A stretch of 25,738 nt of DNA from a virus. Taxonomy: Duplodnaviria; Heunggongvirae; Uroviricota; Caudoviricetes. Of this stretch, positions 15,473 to 23,102 are shown piece by piece. A program made the position numbers and the translations under genes. The notes under the pieces were generated by a model, which did no database searches, had not been told where the DNA came from, and was given only the letters and a program-made list of their open reading frames with translations. Each line of letters opens with the position of its first letter. The stretch's first letter is position 1. The stretch is taken from the IMG/VR virus record IMGVR_UViG_2795385890_000001. One strand, written 5' to 3'.

Positions 15473-16040
15473 CCTCGTTACCCTCGATTTGTTGCCACAA
15501 TTCGCGAATCATTCTGTCGTACATTTCGATTTGATCGCGGTCACGGTCAAGTTCGGCTCGCGCCGTCACGCGGGCGCGGGCATCTTCCAATTCCGCCAGG
15601 CGTCGCCATTGGCGAAGCTGATCTGTGCGCCAAGCAAATCCGAAATCGCCGTCGAACGCACTCGCTAGCTCTTGCGACCACCCGTTTGCCGAAAACCACT
15701 GCGCTGCATCGAATTCCGGAACTTCTCGTTCAGGTAGAAATTCCACCGAATCGGAATACGGGCCGGGGTACATCAGCGTTACTGGGGACGTATCGAGTGC
15801 GGCAGCGAGTATTACTAGCTCAGCGGTCGTGACATACCTACGTCGCCCATTCTCCAAATCGGAAATCACCGAACGGGATACTTCGTGGCCGAGTTCCTTG
15901 GTCCGAGCCGCAAGCCACTGCGCTGACCTCTTTCCGCGAAGCCGGTAAACCTCGCGCGCCAATCTATGCGCTTCACGTTCCGCCCAGCTGTCGGGCGGCC
16001 GTTCCGTCCAACTCGGCCTTTTCGGCCCTGATTGCGTCAT
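15465..16040 (-). CDS. XRE-family HTH repressor of the satellite
   Basis: 'SAQWLAARTKELGHEVSRSVISDLENGRRRYVTTAELVILAAALD' XRE HTH; overlaps the int start by 8 bp; divergent from xis. Confidence 0.87.
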   Translation of the reverse strand: MTQSGPKRPSWTERPPDSWAEREAHRLAREVYRLRGKRSAQWLAARTKELGHEVSRSVISDLENGRRRYVTTAELVILAAALDTSPVTLMYPGPYSDSVEFLPEREVPEFDAAQWFSANGWSQELASAFDGDFGFAWRTDQLRQWRRLAELEDARARVTARAELDRDRDQIEMYDRMIRELWQQIEGNEDA

Positions 16041-16167
16041 GACACGCAGGATATGCACTGCTTGCGTTCATTGCCATCCGCCTGGTATCTATTGAGTCGC
16101 AGAAACGCAACTTATCGGATGTCTGCGTGTTTGAACGCACAAGCAGCCATGAACGGAGGAGGACGCA

Positions 16168-16335
16168 ATGCACGACCACAAGGCAGTGGGGGCAAAGCTC
16201 GGAGGTATCAGCAGAACGCTGGTGTTCCAGCTCTGGCACTCTGGTGCCCTCGCCAGCGTGAGGATTGGTAAGCGCCGATTCAGCACTGACAGGCAGATCA
16301 ACGAGTACATCGCCAAGCTTGAAGGCGCGGCGTGA
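16168..16335 (+). CDS. Excisionase/AlpA-like HTH_17 protein (55 aa)
   Basis: GGAGGAGG RBS; MHDHKAVGAKLGGISRTLVFQLWHSGALASVRIGKRRFSTDRQINEYIAKLEGAA; absent from the ORF track. Confidence 0.82.
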   Translation: MHDHKAVGAKLGGISRTLVFQLWHSGALASVRIGKRRFSTDRQINEYIAKLEGAA

Positions 16336-16625
16336 GTATCGAGGCGTACAGGATCGCGGCGCGGCTAGCGCAAGAGCCGTGGGTTCCCTTGTCGCCATGC
16401 ATTATTCGGGATGGCAAGGTGGTTCCGAATTCCACGGCCAGCGTGGAGGCCGAGGGCGATGTGATCACGGTGACCGTGACCGACGCTGACGGGGCCAAGC
16501 GCGAATATCGCGCACAAGTTCAGCTCGTCGGCACAAGTTCGGCTATGCCAACGGCCCCCGTAGTCCCCGACGCGGCAACGTCGGGCGGGAGCCGCTGCAA
16601 CCAACCATCAACAGAAAGTAGGTAA
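16332..16625 (+). CDS. Hypothetical protein (97 aa)
   Basis: GTGA overlap with xis; operon context. Confidence 0.6.
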   Translation: MSIEAYRIAARLAQEPWVPLSPCIIRDGKVVPNSTASVEAEGDVITVTVTDADGAKREYRAQVQLVGTSSAMPTAPVVPDAATSGGSRCNQPSTESR

Positions 16626-16630
16626 ATCTC

Positions 16631-17128
16631 ATGGTACAGATCGAATTTGGCGACGACACCCGGACATGGCGTGACTTGGTTGATCGACTACCGGCTGACT
16701 GGGTAGCGCAGTTGGAGCGCGCCGAGGAGTTGGCGGCGGCTGGGGTCACGCCATGGCGGGCCACGAGTCAGGCCGACAACGCAGCGTTGAGTCTCCTTTT
16801 CAAGATCACCCTCGATATCGAGACGCATCAAGCTGGTATCCGGTTCGCGCATGTGCCGATCCCAGCTCAAGCCTCACATGCTGACCAGTGGATGAACATG
16901 GGCTCTAAGGAATCGCCGGACTGGGGGCGCAGGCTAGAGGGCGCCCGGTTCGAGGTGGGCGAGGGCTTGGGGCATGTGCTCATAGAGGGCACCCAGCAGG
17001 CCGCAGATGGTTCGGTTGAGTGGGGCGTGCGTTGGGTCAATGGTGTCGAGGACTGGATGGAAGCGAGCGCGGCGCGACGCCTGACTGATGCGCTGCGCGC
17101 CGCCGCTGAGGTCGTGGAGTCCTTGTGA
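16631..17128 (+). CDS. Hypothetical protein (165 aa)
   Basis: Operon context; C-terminal 'AARRLTDALRAAAEVVESL' helix common in actinophage small proteins. Confidence 0.7.
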   Translation: MVQIEFGDDTRTWRDLVDRLPADWVAQLERAEELAAAGVTPWRATSQADNAALSLLFKITLDIETHQAGIRFAHVPIPAQASHADQWMNMGSKESPDWGRRLEGARFEVGEGLGHVLIEGTQQAADGSVEWGVRWVNGVEDWMEASAARRLTDALRAAAEVVESL

Positions 17129-17164
17129 TCGGAACAGATTGCACTCATCACGCGGTGGAGCGCG

Positions 17165-17383
17165 ATGCCTCTGCGTGAGTGCGCACGGGCACCATTGGGC
17201 GGCGGGCTTGTTGGTCGGCTGCCCGATGGGCCTGGGGGAGTGCACGAGTTGTGCGTCACGGTGCGTGATGGTGTGCGCCCTGTTGTGCGCTGCGACGTGC
17301 ATCGCGCGGCCCAGTTGCACGCCAGCGTGCGCGCTAGCCGAAGCCGTGCATTGCCTGCTGACGCACAGGGCGGCTTACCGTGA
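17165..17383 (+). CDS. Possible hypothetical protein (72 aa)
   Basis: Fills the gap and has a GTGA overlap with rep; an alternative frame (17088..17402) cannot be excluded. Confidence 0.35.
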   Translation: MPLRECARAPLGGGLVGRLPDGPGGVHELCVTVRDGVRPVVRCDVHRAAQLHASVRASRSRALPADAQGGLP

Positions 17384-18174
17384 CGCCAGAGCAGCGCCGT
17401 GACTGGCGCGATTATGTTCTCGGGGCCAAGGCCCTGACGTTGGCCCAGCGGATAGTTCTCCTGGCGCTTGAGACGTTCGCCGACTACGCGGACGGCACCA
17501 ACGCGCGGCCTGGAATAGAAGGGCTCATGCGGAAATGCGGGCTCACCGAACGGGCTGTGGAAACGGCGCTCAAGCGAGGCCGCGAGCTGGGGCTCATCCA
17601 GCGCACAGCAAACGGATTCAAGCGTCATGCCGCCGTGTATCGGCTGGTTCCGATCGCAAATACCCCGCATGGCGGTGCGGGTCAAAACGGTGATACCCCG
17701 CATGGCCGTGCGGGTCAAAATAGCCAAAGCCCGCACAGCGGTGCGGGTCAACGGTCCGATAGCCCGTACGGCGGTGCCTCTTTGACCCGCACGGCGGTGC
17801 CCCCCACCACATCAGGACCACATCAAAAGAGGGGGTTGCGTTATGGGGGTACGGAACTTGACGACCCGGACGCCTACGCGATCACCCCCGCCAGCCGAGG
17901 GCGGCAATCAGCTAACGGCAATGAGACGGGGACGCGTTGCGCCAAGCACGCGCACATCGCACCTGATGCCTGGGTGGGTGAGAGCTGCCGCGACTGCGCA
18001 GCGCTGCGCAAGGCTGCCACGGCGTCGGAGGCCGAACGCAAACGCGCAGCCGTGCAGGTGATTCGGGACTGCCCGGATTGCGACGACTTGGGCCGGATCG
18101 AAGTCGATGACGGACTCAAGCCCTGCCCGCGTCACGTCAGCTGGGCGCAAGCCCAGGGAGGGAGAACCGCCTGA
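17380..18174 (+). CDS. Phage-type replication initiator: N-terminal winged-HTH, internal iterons, C-terminal Cys-rich domain
   Basis: 'ARPGIEGLMRKCGLTERAVETALKRGRELGLI' wHTH; 33-bp repeats inside the gene, as in lambda O-type initiators. Confidence 0.8.
   Translation: MTPEQRRDWRDYVLGAKALTLAQRIVLLALETFADYADGTNARPGIEGLMRKCGLTERAVETALKRGRELGLIQRTANGFKRHAAVYRLVPIANTPHGGAGQNGDTPHGRAGQNSQSPHSGAGQRSDSPYGGASLTRTAVPPTTSGPHQKRGLRYGGTELDDPDAYAITPASRGRQSANGNETGTRCAKHAHIAPDAWVGESCRDCAALRKAATASEAERKRAAVQVIRDCPDCDDLGRIEVDDGLKPCPRHVSWAQAQGGRTA
17664..17804. repeat. Iteron array (putative replication origin)
   Basis: CCCGCA-N6-TGCGGG-TCAA at 17664, 17697 and 17730 (33-bp period), a degenerate copy at 17763, and inverted TTGACCCGCAC at 17782-17792. 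Confidence 0.8.
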
Positions 18175-18380
18175 TGTCCTGCCGCTACTGCGCACACTGC
18201 CGCAAGACACGCGAGCGCGCCAACACCCGCCGCGAAGCGATCCGGCAGATACGCAACTGCCCACACTGTGACGACTACGGGCGCCTGGACAACCTCACCG
18301 ACTGCCCACGACACGGCAATTGGGCTGCCGCACAAGCACTCAACGAAACAGATGCTCAGGACCAGGAGGGGGCGCGGTGA
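18174..18380 (+). CDS. Small Cys-rich protein homologous to the initiator C-terminus
   Basis: CRYC...IRNCPHCDDYGRL...CPRH..WAAAQ versus initiator CRDC...IRDCPDCDDLGRI...CPRH..WAQAQ. Confidence 0.75.
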   Translation: MSCRYCAHCRKTRERANTRREAIRQIRNCPHCDDYGRLDNLTDCPRHGNWAAAQALNETDAQDQEGAR

Positions 18381-18700
18381 ACTGGGACACGCTGCTGGCC
18401 GAACTAGCCACGCCTGTACTGCCTGGGGCGCGCTGCCGGGGACGGCACGAGTTGTTCGACGCCGCTATCGGCGATGGCCGAGGCGCCCTGGACGAGCGCG
18501 ACTACGCCCGCCAGGCAGCGACGCGGATATGCCGCCAATGCCCTGCGCTGGCCTCGTGCCGGGAGTGGTTCGATTCCCTGCCGCACGAGCAGCGGCCGCT
18601 CGGGGTTACCGCCGCCGTGGTGGTCAACTCGTACCCGCCGCGAAAGAAGCAGGAAATCACCACCAAAGACGGCCAGGACGAGGCGACGGGGGCGGCATGA
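18377..18700 (+). CDS. WhiB-like Fe-S transcription regulator
   Basis: Four Cys in WhiB spacing (ARC...ICRQCPALASC); 'GVTAA' in place of GVWGG; GGAGG RBS. Confidence 0.8.
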   Translation: MNWDTLLAELATPVLPGARCRGRHELFDAAIGDGRGALDERDYARQAATRICRQCPALASCREWFDSLPHEQRPLGVTAAVVVNSYPPRKKQEITTKDGQDEATGAA

Positions 18701-19059
18701 GCACGACAGCGCAGCCTTGCACCCAATGCGCCACGGGAGAGCACCGCGTGGTCAGCGTGCGGGATCTTCGCACCGCCGCATGGGTGCTCGGGGAGGAACT
18801 AGCGCGCCGTCGCCGCCAAGGCACCCCGATCCCACCGGCCTTGCATCGAACATGGGAAGCGTTGCAGCGCAGTGTGTCCGATAGCGGACAGGTTTCTGGA
18901 CACCCCGAAACGGCGGGAGCAGAATTGGAGACAGTGCAACAAAGGGCTGAGCGCCTTGGAGTTTCGCCCCGCACCATCCGCCGCCACGCACTCAAATCCG
19001 GGCAACGCAAAGTCGGCGGGCGCTGGATCTTCGACGAAAGGCAAGAACCACATGGATAA
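18697..19059 (+). CDS. Protein with N-terminal CxxC and C-terminal HTH (120 aa)
   Basis: ATGA overlap; 'AERLGVSPRTIRRHA...KVGGRWIF' HTH_17/MerR-like motif. Confidence 0.75.
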   Translation: MSTTAQPCTQCATGEHRVVSVRDLRTAAWVLGEELARRRRQGTPIPPALHRTWEALQRSVSDSGQVSGHPETAGAELETVQQRAERLGVSPRTIRRHALKSGQRKVGGRWIFDERQEPHG

Positions 19060-19351
19060 ACCCGACTGGAAGCAGGTGCTACAGCAGCTCAACAGTGACA
19101 CCGAAGCCCCTGCCACCGATCTGCTACGGCGACTGCGTGGCGACGAGACCGCAACGGACAGTGCCGATTCCGAGGACCTTAAGCGTCTTTACGAACGCCT
19201 CGGCACTCCTCCCGCACCGCAGCCTGAATCGTCCAACTACGTACCGGGCGAGGGCAACAATCACCGGCCCCGGAAACACCCGCGTCAAGTCGAAATCAAC
19301 TTCCTGCGCGAAGCCCTAACCGGCGAAATCGCTTTCAACGAAAACTACTAG
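19052..19351 (+). CDS. Hypothetical acidic, low-complexity protein (99 aa)
   Basis: ATG 19052 overlapping the upstream gene; C-terminal part of the 18872..19351 ORF. Confidence 0.7.
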   Translation: MDKPDWKQVLQQLNSDTEAPATDLLRRLRGDETATDSADSEDLKRLYERLGTPPAPQPESSNYVPGEGNNHRPRKHPRQVEINFLREALTGEIAFNENY

Positions 19352-19362
19352 GAGACAAACAC

Positions 19363-20109
19363 ATGTCCGTCTACACCGCCACAACCCGTTCCTACCTCGT
19401 CCAGGTGCAACGCGCCGCCGAACGCCTTGAAATTCCGCTGCCCGATCCATTCGTAGAGGCTGTGGCCTCGGCCCGAGCGTTGGTCGAGAAGGCGCAGATC
19501 GGTGCTGGCAGCGCGGACGCCCTCAGGTACTCCGTGCTCAGCTGCATGAAGAAGGACCAGGATTACCACGCTGACCCTGTGGTAACCGGCCACCTTCTTG
19601 ACCACATGCTTGCGCAGCTCGGCCTAGACCGCGCCGCCAAGGACGAGGAGGGGCGCACGATCGGTGAGGCGCTCAACGCTCACGCCGACACCATATTGGC
19701 CCAGTGGTCTAAATCCCTTGAACCATACGCTAATTCGCTTGAAGCTGCCGCTGAAGTGATCCCGACCGATGACCTCAACGACGGGCCGACGATCACCAAG
19801 GCCGGACCGAAAGCCGTCATCGCATGGTCCGAAGCCCTCGTGGCGCGCGAACGATTCGGCTACGCCGTCGAAGGACTCGGCGCGCTGCTGCAATCTGCCG
19901 GGATCGGTGGCGACCGCGCCCACACGTTGATCCCTAACGGCGATGCCTCCGCTGCACGCATCGTCGCCGCCCGCGCCAAGAACAAGTCTGATCTGCGCGA
20001 CGCCTGGCACGTGGCCCGCTGCGGATTTCGGCCAGTGCTGCCCACCGTCAGCGGCTACGTCGAGCGCCTCGGACAAGCCGCACTCCACGACGACCCCCCG
20101 GGGGAGTGA
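19363..20109 (+). CDS. Hypothetical alpha-helical protein (248 aa)
   Basis: GGAG RBS; last gene of the rightward operon. Confidence 0.8.
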   Translation: MSVYTATTRSYLVQVQRAAERLEIPLPDPFVEAVASARALVEKAQIGAGSADALRYSVLSCMKKDQDYHADPVVTGHLLDHMLAQLGLDRAAKDEEGRTIGEALNAHADTILAQWSKSLEPYANSLEAAAEVIPTDDLNDGPTITKAGPKAVIAWSEALVARERFGYAVEGLGALLQSAGIGGDRAHTLIPNGDASAARIVAARAKNKSDLRDAWHVARCGFRPVLPTVSGYVERLGQAALHDDPPGE

Positions 20110-20331
20110 ACCCGAGGGGTCCGGCGCCCGCCCCTCATGGCTTAGGCAAACGCCCCCCCTGCCCCAATTTGTTTTCAACACCCAACCGTCACTGAAATCC
20201 CGTTTTTTATTCGCCACCAACACGATCCACGGAAGGTGAAACCGGCTGCTGGTGCGATGTGGCCCTCTCCCGGCGGCCTCAGCGGCTCTTGGCGCTCACG
20301 CGTCCCAAGTTCGGGACCACGTGAAAGCTAG

Positions 20332-20901
20332 CTAGTCCTCTTTTACTGCAGGCTTCTTTAGATCGCCAGGCTCGTGGACCCATGTCCTGTACAGCTTGTG
20401 GACGCCACCGCTGGCGGCTAGCCGCTCTTTCCAGTCCTCGCAGGCAGGTGTCGCGCCTAGTGCGATACAGCCCTCTATTACGTCTTCCAGCACCACCCGG
20501 GGACCGGGGAGATGCGCATCCCGGTTGATTGCAGGGTGGATGTGGGGGCGCCGCTCGTCGCTGTTCCCTACCGGGTGCCAGTGCCATTCGATGACATGAC
20601 TCTCATTAGCAATTTCGAGTCGGTAGATATATTCGCGCGTCGAAACCCGAAAGGGCTCCTTTTCAGGAGCATCGTGCAGATCCGCTGTCGTAGGAACTAA
20701 CTCAAACCGCTGGGTGGCGTAGAACTTACCGAATCCTCGGAGCACCATTCCGTTGCCCCCGTTGAGGATCCATGCTCCGAATTCGCCGTACCTCTTGGGC
20801 GTTTGTGAAAGTTGGATCTTGGCGCACCCTAAACATGAAACCGCCTGTTGAAGCGGATCTATGTAATTACGGATCGCGTCGTGAGGGGTGCGACCAGGCA
20901 C
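20332..20901 (-). CDS. His-motif protein (WHWHP...PHIH...HLP), candidate toxin or defence effector
   Basis: 189 aa with non-shadow amino acid composition; second gene of a two-gene leftward operon. Confidence 0.75.
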   Translation of the reverse strand: MPGRTPHDAIRNYIDPLQQAVSCLGCAKIQLSQTPKRYGEFGAWILNGGNGMVLRGFGKFYATQRFELVPTTADLHDAPEKEPFRVSTREYIYRLEIANESHVIEWHWHPVGNSDERRPHIHPAINRDAHLPGPRVVLEDVIEGCIALGATPACEDWKERLAASGGVHKLYRTWVHEPGDLKKPAVKED

Positions 20902-20918
20902 TTTGGCAAACGTGTCTC

Positions 20919-21128
20919 TCAGATGCCTGCGAAAGGCAGCGCCGTCGCGACCGACGTCAGCCCTGGAACGTCGTCCCAGTTGATCCCTTCAAATTCCCCT
21001 GCGTTCCAACGTCGCACAAACTCCGCCCCTGTGATGCCCATGTTGTTCTGAGCGATGCTGTCGAACAACTCGGCACCTTCATCTGAGGTCAACTCCACTA
21101 CTTCACACGCAGTCTCTGTGACGGTCAC
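20919..21128 (-). CDS. Small acidic protein, candidate antitoxin
   Basis: 69 aa; GAAAGGAG RBS; 'ELFD...MGITGAEFVRRWNAGEF'; 17 bp upstream of the His-motif gene. Confidence 0.75.
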   Translation of the reverse strand: MTVTETACEVVELTSDEGAELFDSIAQNNMGITGAEFVRRWNAGEFEGINWDDVPGLTSVATALPFAGI

Positions 21129-21516
21129 GGCGGAACTCCTTTCTCAGATCCTCGATTGCACCATCGTATCTGCGTCCACTATGACGGCTATGACCGACAC
21201 CCACCAACCGATTGATCATTATCGCAGGTCAAATGATGCCCGGTTCTTGAGAGAGGCCCCCAGAGCGGCCTTATGGGAAGCCTCCAGCAGCCGGCGCTTG
21301 CAAGCCGCCGCCTAAACGTTCGTCCTCCCGCACGGCGGCATTCTCCTACCTTTTTGGTTCTGGGCCATCAGCGCACGCAGGTTCTGAGCGGTGCCACCCG
21401 CGCCGCCTTGGCAGTAACGGCACGGGTGACCTGTCTCATCGCGCCACTATGGGCGCAGTGTTAGGCTCGCTGGCAAACAGGGTGATGGCCGTCACCAAGT
21501 CGGGCGGGAGGCCGAT

Positions 21517-21825
21517 ATGTCCGAGCCGTTGAGATTCGACCCGGAGTTGCTGCACAGGCAGGCCAACAAGCTGTTGGACCATGTGGAGACGCACCGCCAG
21601 GACCACATCGGCCACGATGCGGACCTGACCGAATTAGCTTCTCGCTGGCCAGGGGTGGTCGGCTCAGCAATGGAAAACTTACGTGCCGGGTGGGACCAGC
21701 AGCACGAGGCGATACGCAAACAGGTGGGCGATCATGCGACTTGGATTCTTGATGCCACCGCCAAGGTGGTTGGCGCCGATGACGGTAACGCTGGCCGTTT
21801 CGGCGGGCCGGGAAGCGGGAGCTGA
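21517..21825 (+). CDS. WXG100 (ESAT-6-like) protein
   Basis: 102 aa helix-turn-helix hairpin with central WPG; 'LRFDPELL' start; GGGAGG RBS. Confidence 0.88.
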   Translation: MSEPLRFDPELLHRQANKLLDHVETHRQDHIGHDADLTELASRWPGVVGSAMENLRAGWDQQHEAIRKQVGDHATWILDATAKVVGADDGNAGRFGGPGSGS

Positions 21826-21827
21826 TT

Positions 21828-23102
21828 GTGGCCAAGGTTGGTGATATCCGGCATTGGAAAGCCGAGACGTTGGAGAAGCTGTTCGATACCGCCGCAGCAC
21901 GAGCGGCCAGCCTGCATCGCCTCGGGGAGGGTATGGAACAGGTCGCTAATGATCTGTCCACGTGGGGCGGTGTCACCGCGGGGGCGTGGAAAGACAGCGC
22001 GGGCAAGACGCGTGTAGATCTGGGCGATAAGGCTGATGCCGCCGAGAAGGTCGCTAAAGCCGTCAAACCCGCTATCGATGACGTACGGGAGGTCACCAAC
22101 AAACTGGGCATGCTCGATCAAGACGCTCAAGCAATCGGCGCCACGATCACCGACGACGGCAAAGTCGTCGCCACGACCAAGGTCAAAGACACTGACAAGC
22201 ACCTGCAAGACGACCAAATCGCCCGCCTGCAACAACAAGTCACCACCCTCGAACAACGCGCCACCCAAGTTGAGCAGGAAATCGCAGCCGCTCTGCGCGC
22301 CGATGTCACCGACGCACCAGCACCTACACCACAAGCCCCGCCTGTCGCGCTCAATGCCTCCGAGCCCGTAGGCGGCGCAGACGGTAATCCGCCATATCCC
22401 AACGGTGCCAAGCCCACGATGATCGATGGCGCGAAAACCATTCCCATGGCGGACAATCCGCCAGGCTACGACCAGAACACCGGCCCGGGACCAGCACGTG
22501 ATCAAGCCTGGAAAGACTACCTATCCGGCAAGAATGCCGACGGCACACAGCGCGCGGCAGGTCAACCGCCGCTGGCGCTCCCGAAGCCAGAAGCTGTTAG
22601 CGACAAGGCTTTACGATCGATCGGCGCCGCTGGCCGCTCACAGGGAGTTTCCTACGCTTGGGGCGGCAACACCGACCCCAACGGGCCATCACGTGGACAT
22701 GGGGAAAAGGGCACCTCAGCGGATACCTACGAGGATTGGAACCGGATCGGGTTCGACTGCGGCGGGCTTGTGCGGTACTCAGTGCAACAAGGGGCCGGTT
22801 TCGATCCGTTCGTGCCACGCGGAGACATCCCAGGGACCGACCGCCTCGATATAAACCCCATCTTCGACCACGGTCAGCCTCAAGCTGTGCCGTCCAAGCA
22901 GATCGACAACTTTGCACAGCCCGGCGATATCCTCGTATTCCGCGAAGGCGGAACGCCGTTCACTGGTGGAGGTACCCCACACACCGGGCTCTACGTCGGT
23001 AACGGCTTCATGCTTAACGCACCCGGCTCAGGCATGGCGGTAAGGCTTGATGACGTAACGGAACGCCGGGACAGCGCCGATGTTCTCAGGCTCAAGCCAT
23101 GA
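21828..23102 (+). CDS. ESX effector: WXG100-like N-terminus fused to an NlpC/P60 (RipA-like) peptidoglycan endopeptidase
   Basis: N-terminal 'STWGGVTAGAW'; C-terminal 'YAWGG...GFDCGGL...PGDILVF...HTGLYVGNGFMLNAP' (Cys 22758, His 22980); no Sec signal peptide. Confidence 0.88.
   Translation: MAKVGDIRHWKAETLEKLFDTAAARAASLHRLGEGMEQVANDLSTWGGVTAGAWKDSAGKTRVDLGDKADAAEKVAKAVKPAIDDVREVTNKLGMLDQDAQAIGATITDDGKVVATTKVKDTDKHLQDDQIARLQQQVTTLEQRATQVEQEIAAALRADVTDAPAPTPQAPPVALNASEPVGGADGNPPYPNGAKPTMIDGAKTIPMADNPPGYDQNTGPGPARDQAWKDYLSGKNADGTQRAAGQPPLALPKPEAVSDKALRSIGAAGRSQGVSYAWGGNTDPNGPSRGHGEKGTSADTYEDWNRIGFDCGGLVRYSVQQGAGFDPFVPRGDIPGTDRLDINPIFDHGQPQAVPSKQIDNFAQPGDILVFREGGTPFTGGGTPHTGLYVGNGFMLNAPGSGMAVRLDDVTERRDSADVLRLKP

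Noticed and set aside
16041-16167. Operator repeats in the satellite rep/xis divergent region (TGCGTTCA / TGAACGCA)
   Set aside because: Matches are 8 bp or shorter and irregularly spaced; indistinguishable from chance without homologue comparison.
17664-17804. CRISPR array from the 33-bp periodic repeats
   Set aside because: Spacers are only ~11 bp, the repeats lie in-frame inside a gene, and no cas genes are present; iterons explain them better.
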